Assembly: GCA_963676915.2 (NCBI GenBank) | Contig: CAXXVK010000067.1 | Coordinates: forward strand, 128,001-192,000 | Direction of reading: 5' to 3' | Origin: Myxococcota bacterium | GTDB taxonomy: Bacteria; Myxococcota_A; SURF-8; G963663525 | Length of the DNA stretch: 64,000 nt | Shown: piece after piece, positions 21,630-31,700 of the stretch | Layout: each line of letters opens with the position of its first letter | Numbering within the stretch: position 1 is the first letter of the stretch | Program-made: the position numbers and the translations under genes | The notes under the pieces: generated by a model | Seen by the model: only the letters and a program-made list of their open reading frames with translations | The model's database searches: none | What the model was told of the DNA's origin: nothing

Positions 21630-24600
21630 TTGTCAGAGGAACTCAAAATGATGGCTAACCCTAGAGATATTGAATCTACCCCCATTCAGCCTAAAATTTC
21701 TCTCGGGCGCATTTTCATAAGAAGCGCCGCTCTCTTTTTTCCTTTTATAGGGATTTTCGGCGGGCTGCTGTTCTGGATTTATTTTCAGCAGTACCAAGTG
21801 GAAATCAGCCGTCTGATAGAAAGAGAGCAAGCCGGTATCGACGTTGTTGAACGGGTGATTAAAAGAGATTTCAAGGCTGCGATCAAAGACTTGGTGAAGA
21901 TCTCTCAAAATGACGATACAATTCACGCCGTATGCGACAAAGATTCAGAAGCCCAATCGCGAGTTGCTCATTATCTTTCCTCCGCCGTAGAACTACGTGG
22001 CATTTACGACCAGGCCAGGCTCATCGATAGCAACGGTGACGAAATTGTACGTGTGGACTTCCCTGATAACCGAGCAAAAATATATGCTCCCGAAGAATTA
22101 CAGAACAAGCGGCTTCGAACGTATTTCAAGGAGACAAGAAAACTCCAAAAAGGTGAAGTTTATATTTCGCGTTTCGATCTGAATGTCGAGCACGGCCAAG
22201 TCGAACGACCGTTCAAGCCAGTCATTCGACTGGCTACCCCGGTTTTTAATCATAACGACGAGAAAATGGGGATCGTGGTCCTCAACTATCATGGAGACAA
22301 TATTTTCAACGAGATGACGAACACAGAGCGGCGTCGCCTGAGCCGATTTCTACTTGTAAATAGTGAAGGTTTCTACCTGCGGGGATTCAATGACAACGAC
22401 ACATGGGGATTCCAACTAAAGGGACGGGCCGAAAAGCGTTTTCAAGTCAGGTTTCCATCTGAATGGGAGACCATACTAAAGGAACGTGACGGTAAACAAT
22501 TTACCTCAGAAGGTTTGCTGATTTATCATTCCGTTCAGCCTAGTAAGGAAGCCGCAGCGATTTTGACGGAGTTGGGTTTTTCACAGACTTACAATGTTGC
22601 TCCAATCGGTGAAAAGGACTGGATTCTCGTTTCCTTCTTGCCGTCACAAACCTTGTTTGGCCAAGTCTCCACAACAATGAAAGTTTTTCGGGTATTTCTG
22701 ATCCTGCTATTCTCCGTATTCGGTTTTCTTTTGTTTACAGGCTCGTTTTTTCTGGCATATTTTCGACTGCGTCAACTCGAATCACTTTCTATGGCTCGAC
22801 AAATGGCGTTATTCCCCGAGTTCAACCCTGGTCCAACTATCCGGTTGAATAGCCAAGGGAGTGTGGTCGTGGCGAATCCGCAATCCCGCGCCCTATTTGG
22901 CATGAACCCGACGGGTCAATCATGGGACGCATTAAGAGAAAAGTATATTGATCGCGATAAGGCAATTCCTGGTGACTCCGGCGTTCAGGAAGAGTGGGTC
23001 ATCGATGAACGCACGTTTCTCATGACCTACCGCCCAGATGAGGAATCCCAGGATGTTTACATTTACGGTCTGGATATTTCGGAGCGCAAAGCTTTTTCCA
23101 ACCAGGTTCAGGAAAACGAAAAGCGTCTTCGAGCTATTATGGAGTTGGCGGCGGACGCGATCGTCACCATTGATGACAAGGGAGAAATACTCGATTTCAA
23201 TCAAACCGCAGAAAAATATTTCGGATACACATCCAGCGAAATCATCGGTCGGAACGTTTCAATATTAACCCCAGAACCTTTTCGTAGCAACCACGATGAA
23301 TATATCAAGCGTTATTTAGAAACCGGTCAAAGCCGAATCATCGGTCACCCACGAGAAGTCGAAGCAATAAGAAAAGATGGCTCGATTTTCCCCGGAGATC
23401 TTAGTATTACAGAGGTGAAACTTGAAGGGAAACGGCAGTTTACGGGTATTCTCAGAGATATCACGGGACGAAAAAAGTTTGAGCAAGATCTCCTTCTATT
23501 CCGTATGTTGTTGGAGCATTCAACGGATTCCATTTACATTGTTGATCCGCAAACGTCCATGGTTCTCGATGCCAACCGCACGGCTTGTGACAGTTTGGGG
23601 TATTTAGCCGAAGAATTGAAAACCAAACCAGTTACCGATATTGATACGCAGTACACCGATGCTAAATTCTGGCAAAAACACGTGGACGAACTCAAAGATA
23701 TCGGATCATTGACGTTTGACGGATTTCATCGACGAAAGAATGGTAGCCTTTTACCGGTTGAAGTCAGTGTGCGCTATATCAAACTGGGAGAATATGATCG
23801 CATTCTCGCTATCGCTCGTGATATTACCGATCGGAAACGCACGGAACGGATGGTTACAAGACTGGGACGAATCCTTGACGGTTCATTGAATGAAGTGTTC
23901 ATATTTGACTCCTCAACATTCCAGTTTATCCAAGTCAGCCAGGGGGCTATGCAAAATCTGGGTTACAGTTTGGAAGAGTTGCAAACGATGACCCCAATAG
24001 ATATCAAGCCTGAGTACAGCCTGGAGCAATTCCACTTGCTAGTGGAACCGTTATTTAATGAAAAGGAACAACTCGTTGCTTTCGAAACGATCCATCGGCG
24101 CAAAGATGGCACCTATTACCCGGTGGATATTCGTCTGCAGTTATCCAGAAAAGAAGATCCGCCAGTGTTCATTGCCATTGTGCAGGATATAACGGAACGA
24201 AAGGAAGCGGAAAATCGGCTCAGAGACAGTGAGGAGCGTTATCGTCTGGCTCAGAAAGCCTCACGGATAGGAAGCTGGGAGTTCAATCTGGAAAACAATT
24301 CCATCAGTTGGTCACCGGAGGCGTATGCCATCTTTAGCGTTAAAAGGGAGGAATTCGAACTGACATATGATTCGTATAGGAGCCTGATTCACCCTGACGA
24401 TATACAGTTAATTCAAGAGCGACTGGATACAACTCTGGAAACCGGTGTGGAATACGCTGTGGAGCACCGCATCGTTTGTATGGATGGTTCTGTTCGCTGG
24501 ATATACAGTACAGGTGATATTTTCCGCGATGACAAAGGTGAAATAAAAAAACTTATTGGTGTCGTAATGGACATCAGCGAGCGGAAACGTTCTGAGGAAG

Positions 24601-26429
24601 CTTTACGCGCCAGTGAAAAATGGTTTTCGACCACTCTAGAAAGTATCGGTGACGCGGTTATTGGGACGGACGTTCATCAGCGCGTCACCTATATGAACCA
24701 GATCGCATGTGATCTGACGGGGTGGTCGATGGAAGACGCCCATGGAAAAAAAATCAGCGAGGTGATGGATCTTGTAAACAATGAGGATCGTAGTTTCGTG
24801 TTCAGCCCTGTAAAAAAAGCCCTCCAGGAAATGAAAAGTGTGAATCTAGAGGAAAATACACTGCTTGTTCGCAAAGATGGACAAGAGATACCAATTGATG
24901 ACAGTGCTGCACCCATTCTGGTCAAAGATGGAGAATTGCTGGGTGCCGTGATGGTCTTCCGAGATGTAACAAAACGTAAAGAGGCTGAAGCGGAGATGAT
25001 AAAAGCCAAGGAAACTGCCGAGTCTGCCAACCGGGCAAAAAGCATGTTTCTTGCCAATATGTCGCATGAGATTCGAACCCCACTCAACGCGATCCTAGGG
25101 TTTACTCAACTCCTCCATCGGGATAAAGATTTGACCCAAAGGCATCGTAAGGATGTGAGAACCATCCATCGTAGCGGCGAACACCTGCTGAACCTGATCA
25201 ACGACATTTTGGAGATGTCCAAAATCGAAGCGGGCAAGGTGACTCTCAACCTCAAGACATTTAATCTACACAATCTGATCGAAGATTTAGGTTTGATGTT
25301 CCGCCCCAAAGCCGAAGCGAAAGGGTTGACATTCGTCGTTGAAAAAGCTGAAAACATCCCACTTTATGGGATAATGGACGAAGGCAAGTTACGCCAGATT
25401 ATCATCAATTTGTTGGGAAATGCAGTTAAGTTTACTGAAACCGGCAGAATAACTTTGCGGGTTTCATATGAAAATCTGCAAGAAAAATCCGACTGGTTCC
25501 GCTTGGTAATTGAAGTCGATGATACAGGCCCCGGCATCTCCGAGGAGGAACGAAAAAATCTCTTTAAAAGCTTTCAGCAAGCCAAAGCCGGCCTTAAGGC
25601 TGGAGGTACTGGACTGGGGCTTGCAATAAGTCGTGAATTTGCACGCATGATGGGTGGAGACATCTCTGTGCGAAGTCAGGTTGGAAAAGGCAGCTGTTTT
25701 AGGTTTGAGATTGAAATGCAAACCGGCAAGGACATTGTGGATGAAAAGCAACATGAGTATCGGCATATCGCAAAAGTGACATCGGAATCCGGGCAGCCAA
25801 GAGCCTTGATTGTGGACGACCATGTGGATAATCGTGTTTTACTACGAGCGCTTCTTGGTCCGGTTGGATTTGAAATTGATGAAGCGGCCAACGGGTTGGA
25901 AGCTTTAGAGCTTTGGAAACGAACCTCTCCGGATGTTATTTTTATGGATATGCGTATGCCGGAAATGGACGGGTACGAAGCTACACGAAAAATCAAGGGA
26001 ACAGCGGCAGGAAAAAATATTCCCATCATTGCTGTTACCGCCTCTGCCTTGGAAGAAGATGTTGATCAAGTGATGGAAGCCGGAGTGGATGCCTATATCC
26101 GTAAGCCTTTTCGTGAGGAGGAGATTTTCGAAGCTCTTGTGAGATTGCTGAACATTCATTTTATCTTCGAAAAAGAGGTGAGCGTCGAAATTTCCATTGA
26201 TCCTGAAACGATGGTTTCGACACCAGAGGATTTGGATAAACTTCCCGAGGAGTTGATTCGCTCTATGAGAGAATCTTTGGAAGAAGGGGATATGGCCAGT
26301 TTTTCGGAAAAGATCAAACAAGCAGAGGATATTGCCCCTGAAATAGCCCTCTTTCTGAAAAAACTTGCCGATCAATATGATTACGGAAGTTTGGACGAGA
26401 TTCTGAATCAAAAAAGAGGTCAAGAATGA
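21630..26429 (+). CDS. Hybrid sensor histidine kinase (2 TM, Cache, about 5 PAS, HisKA, HATPase, REC)
   Basis: Periplasmic Cache-like SRFDLNVEHG..PVIRLATP; PAS/PAC repeats ending DITxRK; FLANMSHEIRTPLN; NAVKFT; GTGLGL; DVIFMDMRMPEMDG. Start uncertain (TTG 21630 or ATG 21648). Confidence 0.92.
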   Translation: MSEELKMMANPRDIESTPIQPKISLGRIFIRSAALFFPFIGIFGGLLFWIYFQQYQVEISRLIEREQAGIDVVERVIKRDFKAAIKDLVKISQNDDTIHAVCDKDSEAQSRVAHYLSSAVELRGIYDQARLIDSNGDEIVRVDFPDNRAKIYAPEELQNKRLRTYFKETRKLQKGEVYISRFDLNVEHGQVERPFKPVIRLATPVFNHNDEKMGIVVLNYHGDNIFNEMTNTERRRLSRFLLVNSEGFYLRGFNDNDTWGFQLKGRAEKRFQVRFPSEWETILKERDGKQFTSEGLLIYHSVQPSKEAAAILTELGFSQTYNVAPIGEKDWILVSFLPSQTLFGQVSTTMKVFRVFLILLFSVFGFLLFTGSFFLAYFRLRQLESLSMARQMALFPEFNPGPTIRLNSQGSVVVANPQSRALFGMNPTGQSWDALREKYIDRDKAIPGDSGVQEEWVIDERTFLMTYRPDEESQDVYIYGLDISERKAFSNQVQENEKRLRAIMELAADAIVTIDDKGEILDFNQTAEKYFGYTSSEIIGRNVSILTPEPFRSNHDEYIKRYLETGQSRIIGHPREVEAIRKDGSIFPGDLSITEVKLEGKRQFTGILRDITGRKKFEQDLLLFRMLLEHSTDSIYIVDPQTSMVLDANRTACDSLGYLAEELKTKPVTDIDTQYTDAKFWQKHVDELKDIGSLTFDGFHRRKNGSLLPVEVSVRYIKLGEYDRILAIARDITDRKRTERMVTRLGRILDGSLNEVFIFDSSTFQFIQVSQGAMQNLGYSLEELQTMTPIDIKPEYSLEQFHLLVEPLFNEKEQLVAFETIHRRKDGTYYPVDIRLQLSRKEDPPVFIAIVQDITERKEAENRLRDSEERYRLAQKASRIGSWEFNLENNSISWSPEAYAIFSVKREEFELTYDSYRSLIHPDDIQLIQERLDTTLETGVEYAVEHRIVCMDGSVRWIYSTGDIFRDDKGEIKKLIGVVMDISERKRSEEALRASEKWFSTTLESIGDAVIGTDVHQRVTYMNQIACDLTGWSMEDAHGKKISEVMDLVNNEDRSFVFSPVKKALQEMKSVNLEENTLLVRKDGQEIPIDDSAAPILVKDGELLGAVMVFRDVTKRKEAEAEMIKAKETAESANRAKSMFLANMSHEIRTPLNAILGFTQLLHRDKDLTQRHRKDVRTIHRSGEHLLNLINDILEMSKIEAGKVTLNLKTFNLHNLIEDLGLMFRPKAEAKGLTFVVEKAENIPLYGIMDEGKLRQIIINLLGNAVKFTETGRITLRVSYENLQEKSDWFRLVIEVDDTGPGISEEERKNLFKSFQQAKAGLKAGGTGLGLAISREFARMMGGDISVRSQVGKGSCFRFEIEMQTGKDIVDEKQHEYRHIAKVTSESGQPRALIVDDHVDNRVLLRALLGPVGFEIDEAANGLEALELWKRTSPDVIFMDMRMPEMDGYEATRKIKGTAAGKNIPIIAVTASALEEDVDQVMEAGVDAYIRKPFREEEIFEALVRLLNIHFIFEKEVSVEISIDPETMVSTPEDLDKLPEELIRSMRESLEEGDMASFSEKIKQAEDIAPEIALFLKKLADQYDYGSLDEILNQKRGQE

Positions 26430-27521
26430 GGTCCGAAAATCAGACATCGACCATTATGGTGGTTGACGATGTCCCAGCCAACTTGAAACTATTGGAAAGC
26501 ATGTTGCAGGCGCAAAGCTATCGTGTCGTTGCCTTTCCCCGTGGAGCTCTCGCGCTCAAGGCTGCGGATAAAAATCCACCCGATTTGATCCTGTTGGATA
26601 TCAATATGCCTGAAATGGACGGCTATGAAGTCTGTGAACGTTTAAAAGAAGACGAGCGGTTGAAGGATATCCCCGTGTTGTTTATCAGCGCACTTTCGGA
26701 GACTCTCGACAAGGTGAAGGCCTTCACTGCGGGTGGCGTGGACTATATCACCAAACCGTTTCAGTTCGAGGAGGTTCTTGCTCGAGTAGAAACGCACCTG
26801 CATTTAAGAAAACTTCAGCACGAACTGCAACGACACAATAAGCATCTGGGTGAACTCGTCGAGGAGCAGGTGAGGGAGATCTCCGATTCCCAGATGGCAA
26901 CGATCTTCGCACTAGCCAAGCTCGCCGAGTCGCGGGATGACGATACCGGCCAGCACATTGAGCGAACGAGTATTTTTTGCAAACGGCTGGCTCAGACTCT
27001 ACAAAAAAAATCCCAAATATGCCCATAAAATCGATGAAGTATACATCAACAATATCTATCACGCAGCACCACTCCACGATATCGGAAAGGTAGCGATAGC
27101 CGATAGCATCCTGCTGAAGCCGGGAAAACTCACCGACGAAGAGTTCCTCGTCATGAAAACCCATGTCGCGATCGGAGCGCAGACGCTGGAATCGGTTTAC
27201 GTCCAATATCCACGAAACACCTTTCTTGAAGTCGGAATTACCATAGCCCGGTCGCATCACGAAAAATGGGACGGCAGCGGGTATCCGGAAGGTTTGAAGG
27301 GAGATGATATTCCGTTGAGCGGTCGCATTATGGCGCTGGCGGATGTCTACGACGCCCTGCGCTCGAAACGAGTCTATAAAGAAGCATTCAGCCACGAAAA
27401 AACGTGCAATATTCTGCGCGAAGGTTCCGGGACACACTTCGACCCGGCAGTCATCGACGCCTTTCTGAGCATTGAAGCCGAGTTCGCCGAGATCCGCGAC
27501 AGAATGGACGACAACCAGTAG
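26426..27521 (+). pseudogene. REC + HD-GYP c-di-GMP phosphodiesterase (RpfG-like), split by one frameshift
   Basis: The REC domain and the HDIGK/HHEKWDGSGYP parts are in different frames, joined at the A-run near 27003-27010; may be a sequencing error. Confidence 0.85.
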
Positions 27522-27909
27522 AAACAAAGGATCCAGACTGATGATGAATAAAAAAGCAACGATCATGGTGGTTGACGACGTCCCAGCCAACTTGAAACTA
27601 TTGGAAAGCATGTTGCAAGCGCAAAACTATCGTGTCGTCGCTTTTCCCAAAGGCGCCCTCGCGCTCAAGGCTGCGCATAAGAATCCACCCGACCTGATCC
27701 TGTTGGATATCAATATGCCCGAAATGGACGGCTATGAAGTCTGTGAACGTTTAAAAGAAGACGAGCGGTTGAAAGATATCCCCGTGCTGTTTATCAGCGC
27801 ACTGTCAGAGACGCTTGACAAGGTGAAAGCCTTCAACGCCGGTGGTGTGGACTATGTAACCAAACCATTTCAGTTCGAGGAGGTTCACGCTCGAGTTGAA
27901 ACGCATTTG
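26456..27909 (+). repeat. Near-identical duplicated REC-domain coding segment (26456-26800 and 27565-27909)
   Basis: Long identical nucleotide runs in both copies, e.g. GTCCCAGCCAACTTGAAACTATTGGAAAGCATGTTGCA and GAAATGGACGGCTATGAAGTCTGTGAACGTTTAAAAGAAGACGAGCGGTTGAA. Confidence 0.9.
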
Positions 27910-28638
27910 GAACTCTACTTGAAAAAGCATGAGCTTCAGGATGCCTACGATAAACTCAAAGAATTGGAAACAATGCGAGACAACTTGGTGCACATGATCG
28001 TTCACGATATGCGCACACCGCTCCAAGGTATTTCAGGATTTTTGGAATTGGCACAATTGTCTCCGCTGCCGGAAAAGGTGAATGGATATATCAATGTCTC
28101 TTTGGACTCGGCCAATGTGCTGCTTGATATGGTGACTTCTCTTCTCGATGTCAGCAAGATGGAGTCAGGACAAATGACACCTGATCTGTCTCCCAACGAT
28201 ATCGGAGTGATTCTGATGGAAATTTACCAGAAATTCGACCTTATCAAAGGTCAACGTACTATGCTTGTAAGCAAGCCAGATGAGGCAGTGATCGTGCCCT
28301 GCGATTCCAGCTTGATCCAACGTGTTGTTCAGAACCTGGTCAGTAACGCCTTCAAGTTCACAGATAAAGAAGATGGCGCTATAGAATTGAGCATTGAGCC
28401 AAAGGAAAAGACCGTTCGAGTTTCCATCTCTGATAACGGTGACGGCATTTCTGAAGAACATCAGAAGAATATATTTGACAAATTTTACCAGGTCGAAGCC
28501 CGCAAGCAGGGGAAGGCACACTCAACCGGACTTGGGTTGACCTTTTGTAAACTAGCCGTTGAAGCTCATGGTGGGAACATCGGTGTCAATAGCAAACCTC
28601 ACCATGGAACGACCTTCTGGTTTGAGTTGCCTGTTTGA
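27541..28638 (+). CDS. Hybrid REC-HisKA-HATPase histidine kinase
   Basis: REC (DLILLDINMPEMDG), MIVHDMRTPL, NAFKFT, DNGDGI, STGLGL. Confidence 0.9.
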   Translation: MMNKKATIMVVDDVPANLKLLESMLQAQNYRVVAFPKGALALKAAHKNPPDLILLDINMPEMDGYEVCERLKEDERLKDIPVLFISALSETLDKVKAFNAGGVDYVTKPFQFEEVHARVETHLELYLKKHELQDAYDKLKELETMRDNLVHMIVHDMRTPLQGISGFLELAQLSPLPEKVNGYINVSLDSANVLLDMVTSLLDVSKMESGQMTPDLSPNDIGVILMEIYQKFDLIKGQRTMLVSKPDEAVIVPCDSSLIQRVVQNLVSNAFKFTDKEDGAIELSIEPKEKTVRVSISDNGDGISEEHQKNIFDKFYQVEARKQGKAHSTGLGLTFCKLAVEAHGGNIGVNSKPHHGTTFWFELPV

Positions 28639-28775
28639 CAAAAACTGTCCCTGTTGTCATGCCTGAAGGCTTGGCTATGGGTATGATGTCCACGTTGTAG
28701 AAATTGTGGGTTTATTGAATAGTGCCGAACGATAGCTTGAAGTCAAAGTGTCAATGGTTAAGGCAAATAGTTTTA

Positions 28776-31700
28776 TCAGCTATCCAATACCTGCCTCACC
28801 TTTCTAGCCAATTGTGTGGGTTTGAACGGCTTCTGAATAAAATTTGTCCCTTTGTCAAGCACACCATGGTGTGCAATCGCATTTTCAGTATAGCCGGACA
28901 TGTAAAGAACTTTTAGACTGGGATTGAACTTGATCAATCTTTCATATAGTTCCTTCCCGCCCATGGTAGGCATGACAACATCTGTCAAAAGCAGGTCGAT
29001 CTGATCTTCGTATTCTTCAAATTTGACATAGGCCTTGCCGCCATTTTCAGCTTCGATTACTTTGTAGCCTTTCTCCTGCATAACACGCACCGCTAACTTT
29101 CGGACGATAGCTTGATCCTCAACTAAAAGAATCGTTTCTTTTCCCGATGTGTCGGTAAGTTCCTCAGGTTTTTGAATTGCTTCGGCTTTTTCGTGGACAA
29201 TCGGCAAATATATTTTAAAGGTTGTCCCTTTGCCAAGTTCCGAGTAGACGTTGATGTGTCCTTTATTCTGATGGACGATGCCGTGAATCGTCGACAACCC
29301 CAGACCTGTGCCTTTTCCTCTTGCTTTCGTAGTGAAGAATGGCTCGAAAATGCTTTTTATGGTATCGGAGTCCATACCGCTACCGTCGTCGCTTACCGCG
29401 ACCATGACAAAATCTCCCTCGATGGAATATCCACAGGTCTGACATTTCTTTTCATCAAGCGACACGCGTTTCGTTTCAATGGTAAGTTTGCCTCCTTTAG
29501 GCATTGCGTCTCTCGAATTTACAGCCAGATTAATCAGTACTTGATCGATTTGCCCTGTGTCGACTAAGACTTTTCCTATATTCTTATCCGGGACAAAAAC
29601 GAAGTCTATATCCTCTCCGATAATCCTGCGTAGCATCCTTTCAGATTCAGAAACGATCTGATTCAAGTTTACGACTTTGGGTGAAATAATCTGCTTGCGC
29701 GAGAAAGCCAAAAGCTGGTTTGTCAAAGCCGCAGCGGTATCGGCAGCCTGCTGGATCTGGTTTACATCCTTTTTTAGAGGATCTTCCGGGCTTAACGAAG
29801 ATTGAATGAATTCAGAAAACCCCGTAATTGCTGTCAGCAAGTTGTTAAAATCATGAGCGATTCCACCTGCAAGTCGACCGATGGATTCCATTTTCTGAGA
29901 TTGCAGAAGTTGGGATTGAAGTTTGTCTTTTTCTACTTCTATTCGATGTCTTTCGACAATCTGTCCAATCATTTTAGCCATAGAATCGCATCGGTTTTTC
30001 GCCACATTTATGATGAATTCAGGGCGAGGTTTATATTGCTTGGATAGCTCACGAACATACTCGGGATCCATCTTGAATTTTTTGGCCAGTTCAGCGATTG
30101 TCTTCTCGTCTCTCGGCGGGTTGGAATAGCCGATATTCATTGCACCGATAACCTCTTCTCCCGCACGAATGGGAACTGCATAAAGTCTGATTCCACCGAC
30201 GCATTCTATGTCGGTAGGTTCACCAGACTCTAACGCCGCTTTTGCAGAGTCCTGCCAACAGTTCTCATGACAAAGCCATTTTCCGCTCTCCAAAGCCTCT
30301 TTCGTATCGTTGCAATTACATAGCTTGAAAGAAGCATTGTCCATCGCCTGACACCAGGATGAGTGAAATGCACCATAGGCATAATCGCCATTGGCTTCGT
30401 ATATCGCTACACAAGTGTCCATGAGAACAAGAATATCTTGTGCCATGAGGGCAAGCGATTCTTTTCCAACTCCATCAAGAATTACTCTCGAGGTATTCAA
30501 ATTTACAGGATTTCTATACGCGGGGCGGAAAACATCATCAGAACCATTCAGCTTGGCTTTTTCCTTTTCTTGCAACCATTCGTAGCGACGTAGTTCTTTT
30601 TCCGCCAGTTTGCGCTTCGTGATATCCGCCGATACGATGGTGAAAAAGCTGCATTTGCCTTCATCGTTAAAAACCGGAATAATGCTATGATCCAGCCATA
30701 CTGCGTTTCCTTCAGAATCGCATGCGCGCGATTCAAACTCCACAATATTTCCTGTAGTCTTGACTGCCGAAAGACCTTCGATCAACATTTTACGGGCTTT
30801 ATCCGGAAAGAAATCAAATGGATAAGGCTTTCCGTAGAGGTCTTCAGTCTGTTCTAATTTAAATAATCGAAAGCCGTTAGCGCTCATGTATTGGAGGTTG
30901 AAATCAAGATCTATTTGTTTGTGGCATACCGGGGAATGGTCTATCAGAGACCGATAGCGCTTTTTCAAATCCCGTAATCTCTGTTCCGTTAATTTTTGCT
31001 CGGTGATATCCTGAGTTACACCCGTTCCACGTATGCATTCGCCATTAATATTGTACTCTAACTCAGCCTTTTCGCGAACCCATTTGACGTTTCCATTCAC
31101 TAAAATGCGATGTTCAATGTCATATGGTTGTTTATCGAAGGCTGCTTTCCAGTGCTTGTCCACATATTCTCTGTCATCAGGATGAACGCAGCTAAGGAAA
31201 GTTTCGTATGTCAGCTTTGTACCGTTCGGGAGTCCAAATATCCGATAGTTTTCAGGGGTCCATGTTAGCTTGTTCTTCTTGATATCAAGTTCCCATGTGC
31301 CGATTTTTCCGATTTCCTGAGCTTTTGAAAGAAACATCCTTTCTTTTTGCAAGTCTTCTTCTGATTTCTTTTTCTGGGTAATGTCTTCAAAAACGACGCA
31401 AAATCTGTCATTCGTATTCCAGGGGCGGTATACATGGCAATGGTAAAGCTTTTCTGTTGGCTTGTGGAACAAATCAAAAACTTGGGATTCTCCTGTCACA
31501 GCGACATGACCATATTTTTCTATCCATTCCTGTTCGGTTTCAGGCCATACTTCAAAAACAGTTTTACCTCGCACATCCTCATGCTTTACTCCCGTAATGT
31601 CTTCATACGCCTTGTTGATATATTCGAAACGATAGCTGATGAAGTTTCCTGTTTCGTCAAATACAGATTTGAAAATAACAAAAGCGTTGATCATGCTTTT

